DNA of 20,000 nt from IMG/VR virus record IMGVR_UViG_2554235223_000001; one strand, written 5' to 3'. The stretch's first letter is position 1; each line of letters begins with the position of its first letter. Positions 16,021 to 20,000 of this stretch are shown here, piece after piece. The position numbers and the translations under genes were made by a program. The notes beneath the pieces were generated by a model that saw nothing but the letters and a program-made list of their open reading frames with translations, did no database searches and was not told the origin of the DNA. The stretch is from an uncultured virus (IMG/VR IMGVR_UViG_2554235223_000001). Its lineage: Duplodnaviria > Heunggongvirae > Uroviricota > Caudoviricetes.

Positions 16021-17104
16021 CACCTGCCATATGATGGCCAAGCAGTTTTTCCACAACATGTGGCGGCGCACCTAATTCAGAAAGGCGTGTCGCCACTGTT
16101 CGCCTGAGGTCATGGAGAGACCAGGGTTTCATGCCTGTTTTAGCTATAATCTGAGCAGAAAACAGAGCGACGTTTGGTTGTAGTGGCGGTCTGTCATCTT
16201 CTGGCCCCCTGTAGCGTGACAGTGTCACAACGTGTTTTGAAACTGACGTTTCCTTCTCTGCTAACATCATTCTTACTACTGCCTCGGGAAGTGCCCTTCT
16301 GACCGATTTCCCGGTTTTATAATCACTTGCCGGAATGGTCCACGTTTGCTCATGGAAATCGAACCACTCCCATCTTGCTGTCCTGATCTCTGTACTCCTG
16401 CAGCCAGTCATGATGAGAAACTTCATTATCAGCTGTTGTCTGTACTTCAATTCAGGAAGGATATTCCAAACTGTTTTGATTTCCTCATCACTCAATCTGC
16501 GATCTTTAACGGATGCTGTGAGACCTACGTCAGAGCGCCTAAGGCTCTCAATTGGGTTCACATTAATGACCCCTCGATTGGAGCAAAAACGGAACGTACG
16601 CTGCATCAGCCCAAGCATCTGACCAGTGACAACTCTTCGCCCCATGCCATCAAAAAGGTTAAGCCAGTGCGCTTTAGTGGTCTGATCAACAATCATGTTC
16701 CCCAGCACAGGCGCTATATGGTTATTGAAGTCCCGTCGGTTAACCTTGATTTTCACAAGACCTTCGGGGATGCAGTAATACTTTTCCCAGTAATCGAAAG
16801 CCTCTTTAACGGTGAGCGCTTCGACTTTTTTCTGTTTCTCCAGAACTGTTTGCCGTCTCGGATCGAGTCCTTCTGTCAACCAGGCCCTGAACTGCTGTCT
16901 ACGTTCGCGAGCTTGAGATAAGGAGGTGGTGGGATAATCGCCAATCGTTAGCTGAGCGGCTTTCCCGTTCCATCTGTAGCGGTAAAAGAATGTTATACTG
17001 CCGGAAGTAGACAACCGGACATTCAGACCATGGGCGTCCGATATGACCTCGATCTGGTCTCTCTTTTTGCCAAGAGCTTTTCTTAATTTTGTGTCGGTAA
17101 GCAA
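15917..17104 (-). CDS. int: Tyrosine integrase with N-terminal arm-binding domain
   Basis: TGCRSTE, HDLRRT, LGH, Y catalytic motifs; start taken as TTG 17104 behind GGAG (GTG 17113 is an alternative). Confidence 0.96.
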   Translation of the reverse strand: MLTDTKLRKALGKKRDQIEVISDAHGLNVRLSTSGSITFFYRYRWNGKAAQLTIGDYPTTSLSQARERRQQFRAWLTEGLDPRRQTVLEKQKKVEALTVKEAFDYWEKYYCIPEGLVKIKVNRRDFNNHIAPVLGNMIVDQTTKAHWLNLFDGMGRRVVTGQMLGLMQRTFRFCSNRGVINVNPIESLRRSDVGLTASVKDRRLSDEEIKTVWNILPELKYRQQLIMKFLIMTGCRSTEIRTARWEWFDFHEQTWTIPASDYKTGKSVRRALPEAVVRMMLAEKETSVSKHVVTLSRYRGPEDDRPPLQPNVALFSAQIIAKTGMKPWSLHDLRRTVATRLSELGAPPHVVEKLLGHHMAGVMARYNLHDYLDDQRHWLAVWQDHLEKLVGQPLV

Positions 17105-17147
17105 TGTGTACACTCCGGAAGATGATATACACATCAGTGTACACATT
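17103..17147. repeat. Perfect 12-bp inverted repeat over int translation start
   Basis: aatgtgtacact 17103-17114 / agtgtacacatt 17136-17147, inner gatg/catc. Confidence 0.85.
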
Positions 17148-17279
17148 TTGGTTAAATTGATAACCTTCAAATCAATGCAGAACACACAAAATTAAAGCAC
17201 TCAATGCTGGCAAGGTGTTGGTATTAGCGGGATTTTTGAAAAGACTTAAAGCATGACTAACAAACTTAAAACGGATTCA

Positions 17280-17295
17280 TATGCCCTACGATAGC
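17280..17295. other. Putative att core at sapB/sapC overlap
   Basis: tatgccctacgatag = sapC start and, in the other frame, YALR*, the expected sapB C-terminus; upstream is phage DNA instead of sapB. Partner att not in window. Confidence 0.6.
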
Positions 17296-18171
17296 GTTTA
17301 TCTGGAAAAGCGTCCGCCCGGCGCGCTGCGCACCGTATGGCGTAAGTTCTATGGCGACACCACGGCGATGATCGGTCTGTACGGCTGCGCGGGCCTGCTG
17401 CTGCTCTGCGTCTTCGGCGGCTGGTTCGCCCCCTATGGCATCGATCAGCAGTTCCTTGGCTATCAGCTGCTGCCGCCGTCGTGGTCGCGCTATGGCGAAG
17501 TCTCCTTCTTTCTGGGAACCGATGACCTCGGCCGCGATGTGCTGAGCCGGCTGCTGAGCGGCGCGGCGCCAACGGTCGGTGGCGCTTTTGTCGTCACCCT
17601 CGGCGCCACGCTGTTTGGCCTAGTGCTGGGCGTGATTGCCGGGTCGACTCACGGCCTGCGCTCGGCAGTGATGAACCATATCCTGGATACCCTGCTCTCT
17701 ATTCCCTCGCTGCTGCTGGCGATTATCGTCGTCGCCTTTGCCGGGCCGCATCTGAGCCATGCGATGTTCGCCGTCTGGCTGGCGCTGCTGCCGCGCATGG
17801 TGCGCTCCGTCTACAGCATGGTCCACGATGAGCTGGAGAAAGAGTACATCATCGCCGCCCGCCTCGATGGCGCCTCGACGCTGAATATTCTGCTGTTCGC
17901 CATCCTGCCCAATATCGCCTCCGGCCTGGTGACCGAGATCACTCGCGCCCTGTCGATGGCCATTCTGGATATTGCCGCGCTGGGCTTTCTTGATCTCGGC
18001 GCCCAGCTGCCTTCGCCGGAATGGGGAGCCATGCTGGGCGATGCGCTGGAGCTTATCTATGTGGCGCCGTGGACCGTGATGCTCCCCGGGGCGGCGATTA
18101 TGCTCAGCGTACTGCTGGTCAACCTGCTGGGCGACGGTATTCGCCGGGCGATCATTGCCGGGGTAGAATAA
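17281..18171 (+). CDS. sapC: Sap ABC transporter permease
   Basis: [13 protein letters not shown]..., [19 protein letters not shown]-like loop. Confidence 0.96.
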   Translation: MPYDSVYLEKRPPGALRTVWRKFYGDTTAMIGLYGCAGLLLLCVFGGWFAPYGIDQQFLGYQLLPPSWSRYGEVSFFLGTDDLGRDVLSRLLSGAAPTVGGAFVVTLGATLFGLVLGVIAGSTHGLRSAVMNHILDTLLSIPSLLLAIIVVAFAGPHLSHAMFAVWLALLPRMVRSVYSMVHDELEKEYIIAARLDGASTLNILLFAILPNIASGLVTEITRALSMAILDIAALGFLDLGAQLPSPEWGAMLGDALELIYVAPWTVMLPGAAIMLSVLLVNLLGDGIRRAIIAGVE

Positions 18172-19163
18172 TGCCGTTACTCGATATTCGTCACTTAACC
18201 ATTGAATTTAAAACCAGCGAAGGCTGGGTAAAAGCCGTCGATCGCGTCAGCCTGACGCTGACCGAAGGCGAAATCCGCGGCCTGGTGGGGGAATCCGGCT
18301 CCGGGAAAAGCCTTATTGCCAAAGCTATCTGCGGCGTGACCAAAGACAACTGGCGGGTCACGGCCGACCGCATGCGCTTCGATGACATCGACCTGCTGCG
18401 ACTGTCGAACCGCGAGCGCCGGAAGCTGATCGGCCATAACGTGTCGATGATTTTTCAGGAGCCCCAGTCGTGCCTCGATCCCTCTGAGCGCATCGGCCAG
18501 CAGCTGATTCAGAGTATCCCCGGCTGGACCTACAAGGGCCGCTGGTGGCAACGGCTGGGCTGGCGCAAGCGCCGGGCCATCGAGCTGTTGCACCGCGTCG
18601 GCATTAAAGATCACAAAGATGCCATGCGCAGCTTCCCCTATCAGCTGACCGAGGGCGAGTGTCAGAAAGTGATGATCGCCATCGCCCTGGCCAACCAGCC
18701 GCGTCTGCTGATTGCCGACGAGCCGACCAACGCCATGGAGCCGACCACCCAGGCGCAGATTATTCGCCTGCTGACGCGGCTCAACCAGAACAACAACACC
18801 ACCATCTTGCTGATCAGCCATGACCTGCAAATGCTCAGCAAATGGGCGGATAAAATCAACGTCATGTACTGCGGGCAGACGGTGGAGAGCGGGCCCAGCG
18901 AAGAGCTGATCACCCTCCCACATCACCCCTACACCCAGGCGTTAATCCGCGCGATCCCGGATTTCGGTAGCGCCATGCCGCATAAAAGTCGCCTCAACAC
19001 CCTGCCTGGAGCGATCCCACTACTGGAGCAGTTGCCTATCGGCTGTCGGCTGGGGCCGCGCTGCCCGTACGCCCAGCGCGAGTGTATCGAAACGCCGCGT
19101 CTTACCGGGGCGCGCAACCATCTGTACGCCTGTCATTTCCCGTTGAACATGGAGAAAGAGTGA
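18171..19163 (+). CDS. sapD: Sap ABC transporter ATP-binding protein, 330 aa
   Basis: [21 protein letters not shown] Walker A, LLIADEPT. Confidence 0.96.
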   Translation: MPLLDIRHLTIEFKTSEGWVKAVDRVSLTLTEGEIRGLVGESGSGKSLIAKAICGVTKDNWRVTADRMRFDDIDLLRLSNRERRKLIGHNVSMIFQEPQSCLDPSERIGQQLIQSIPGWTYKGRWWQRLGWRKRRAIELLHRVGIKDHKDAMRSFPYQLTEGECQKVMIAIALANQPRLLIADEPTNAMEPTTQAQIIRLLTRLNQNNNTTILLISHDLQMLSKWADKINVMYCGQTVESGPSEELITLPHHPYTQALIRAIPDFGSAMPHKSRLNTLPGAIPLLEQLPIGCRLGPRCPYAQRECIETPRLTGARNHLYACHFPLNMEKE

Positions 19164-19164
19164 A

Positions 19165-19974
19165 ATGGTCGAAACATTGCTGGAAGTTCGCCAACTCAGT
19201 AAGACCTTTCGCTACCGCACCGGCTGGTTTCACCGTCAGACGGTTGAGGCGGTTAAGCCACTGAGTTTTACCCTGCGCGAACGGCAGACGCTGGCGATTA
19301 TCGGCGAGAACGGCTCCGGGAAATCGACCCTCGCGAAGATGCTGGCGGGCATGGTGGAACCCACCAGCGGCGAACTGCTGATTGACGATCATCCGCTGAC
19401 TTTTGGGGATTACTCCTACCGCAGCCAGAAGATTCGCATGATCTTTCAGGATCCGTCGACCTCGCTAAACCCGCGCCAGCGCATCTCGCAGATCCTCGAT
19501 TTTCCGCTGCGACTGAATACCGATCTCGACGCCGAGGCGCGGCAGAAGCAGATAATCGACACCCTGCGCATGGTCGGTCTGCTGCCGGACCACGTCAGCT
19601 ACTACCCCCATATGCTGGCGCCCGGTCAGAAGCAGCGTCTCGGCCTCGCCAGGGCGCTGATCCTGCGCCCGAAGGTTATCGTCTGCGATGAGGCGCTGGC
19701 CTCGCTGGATATGTCGATGCGCTCCCAGCTTATCAACCTGATGCTGGAGCTGCAGGAGAAACAGGGCATCTCTTATATCTATGTCACTCAGCACCTGGGA
19801 ATGATGAAACACATCAGCGATCAGGTGCTGGTGATGCATAACGGCGAAGTGGTCGAGCGCGGCAGCACTGCCGATGTGCTGGCCTCGCCGCTGCACGACC
19901 TGACCCGGCGCCTGATCGCCGGCCACTTCGGGGAAGCCCTCACCGCCGACGCCTGGCGCAAAGACGGGAAATAG
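19165..19974 (+). CDS. sapF: Sap ABC transporter ATP-binding protein
   Basis: MVETLLEVRQLSKTFRYRTGWF, GENGSGKS, VIVCDEAL. Confidence 0.96.
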   Translation: MVETLLEVRQLSKTFRYRTGWFHRQTVEAVKPLSFTLRERQTLAIIGENGSGKSTLAKMLAGMVEPTSGELLIDDHPLTFGDYSYRSQKIRMIFQDPSTSLNPRQRISQILDFPLRLNTDLDAEARQKQIIDTLRMVGLLPDHVSYYPHMLAPGQKQRLGLARALILRPKVIVCDEALASLDMSMRSQLINLMLELQEKQGISYIYVTQHLGMMKHISDQVLVMHNGEVVERGSTADVLASPLHDLTRRLIAGHFGEALTADAWRKDGK

Positions 19975-20000
19975 CTGGCAGGCAACGGCAGGGGGGGGGG

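Larger units (their letters stand above)
1..17295. mobile_element. Lambdoid prophage (early region to att end; continues beyond left edge)
   Basis: Canonical order nin-P-O-cII-cro-cI-[cargo]-PL-gam-bet-exo-xis-int, then an abrupt switch to GC-rich host sapC at 17281. Confidence 0.97.

Noticed and set aside
19991..20000. Poly-G run at window end
   Set aside because: Cut by the window edge; cannot distinguish a real tract from a sequencing artefact.

Overview
Left ~17.3 kb is the early/immunity/recombination/integration arm of a lambdoid prophage in an enterobacterial (Klebsiella-like) chromosome. It is inserted at the sapB/sapC junction, and host sapC-sapD-sapF follow (17281-19974). The PR operon is on the - strand: cro, cII, ParB-like gene, O with iterons, P, nin/ea-type genes, a HolE/Hot theta homologue and a DUF1367-like gene. 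The PL operon is on the + strand: two small membrane ORFs, gam-like, bet, exo, Dam-family MTase, ASCH-like gene and xis, convergent on a tyrosine integrase. Immunity is HK022-type, with 15-bp TGAAC-N5-GTTCA operators. The most interesting part is the rex-position slot between cI and OL (8000-11300), which holds stacked relics: a small TM ORF, two fossil cI 3' ends (one self-like, one lambda-like), an apparently intact 63-bp aba (anti-BstA) element on a decayed bstA-like stub, and an AT-rich two-gene cassette. That cassette encodes a 433-aa proteasome-beta/HslV-like Ntn-hydrolase (split by a complete 1329-bp IS10 with a 9-bp target duplication) plus a 35-aa peptide, and is a candidate undescribed prophage defence system. 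Homology calls rest on recalled motifs, not database searches.
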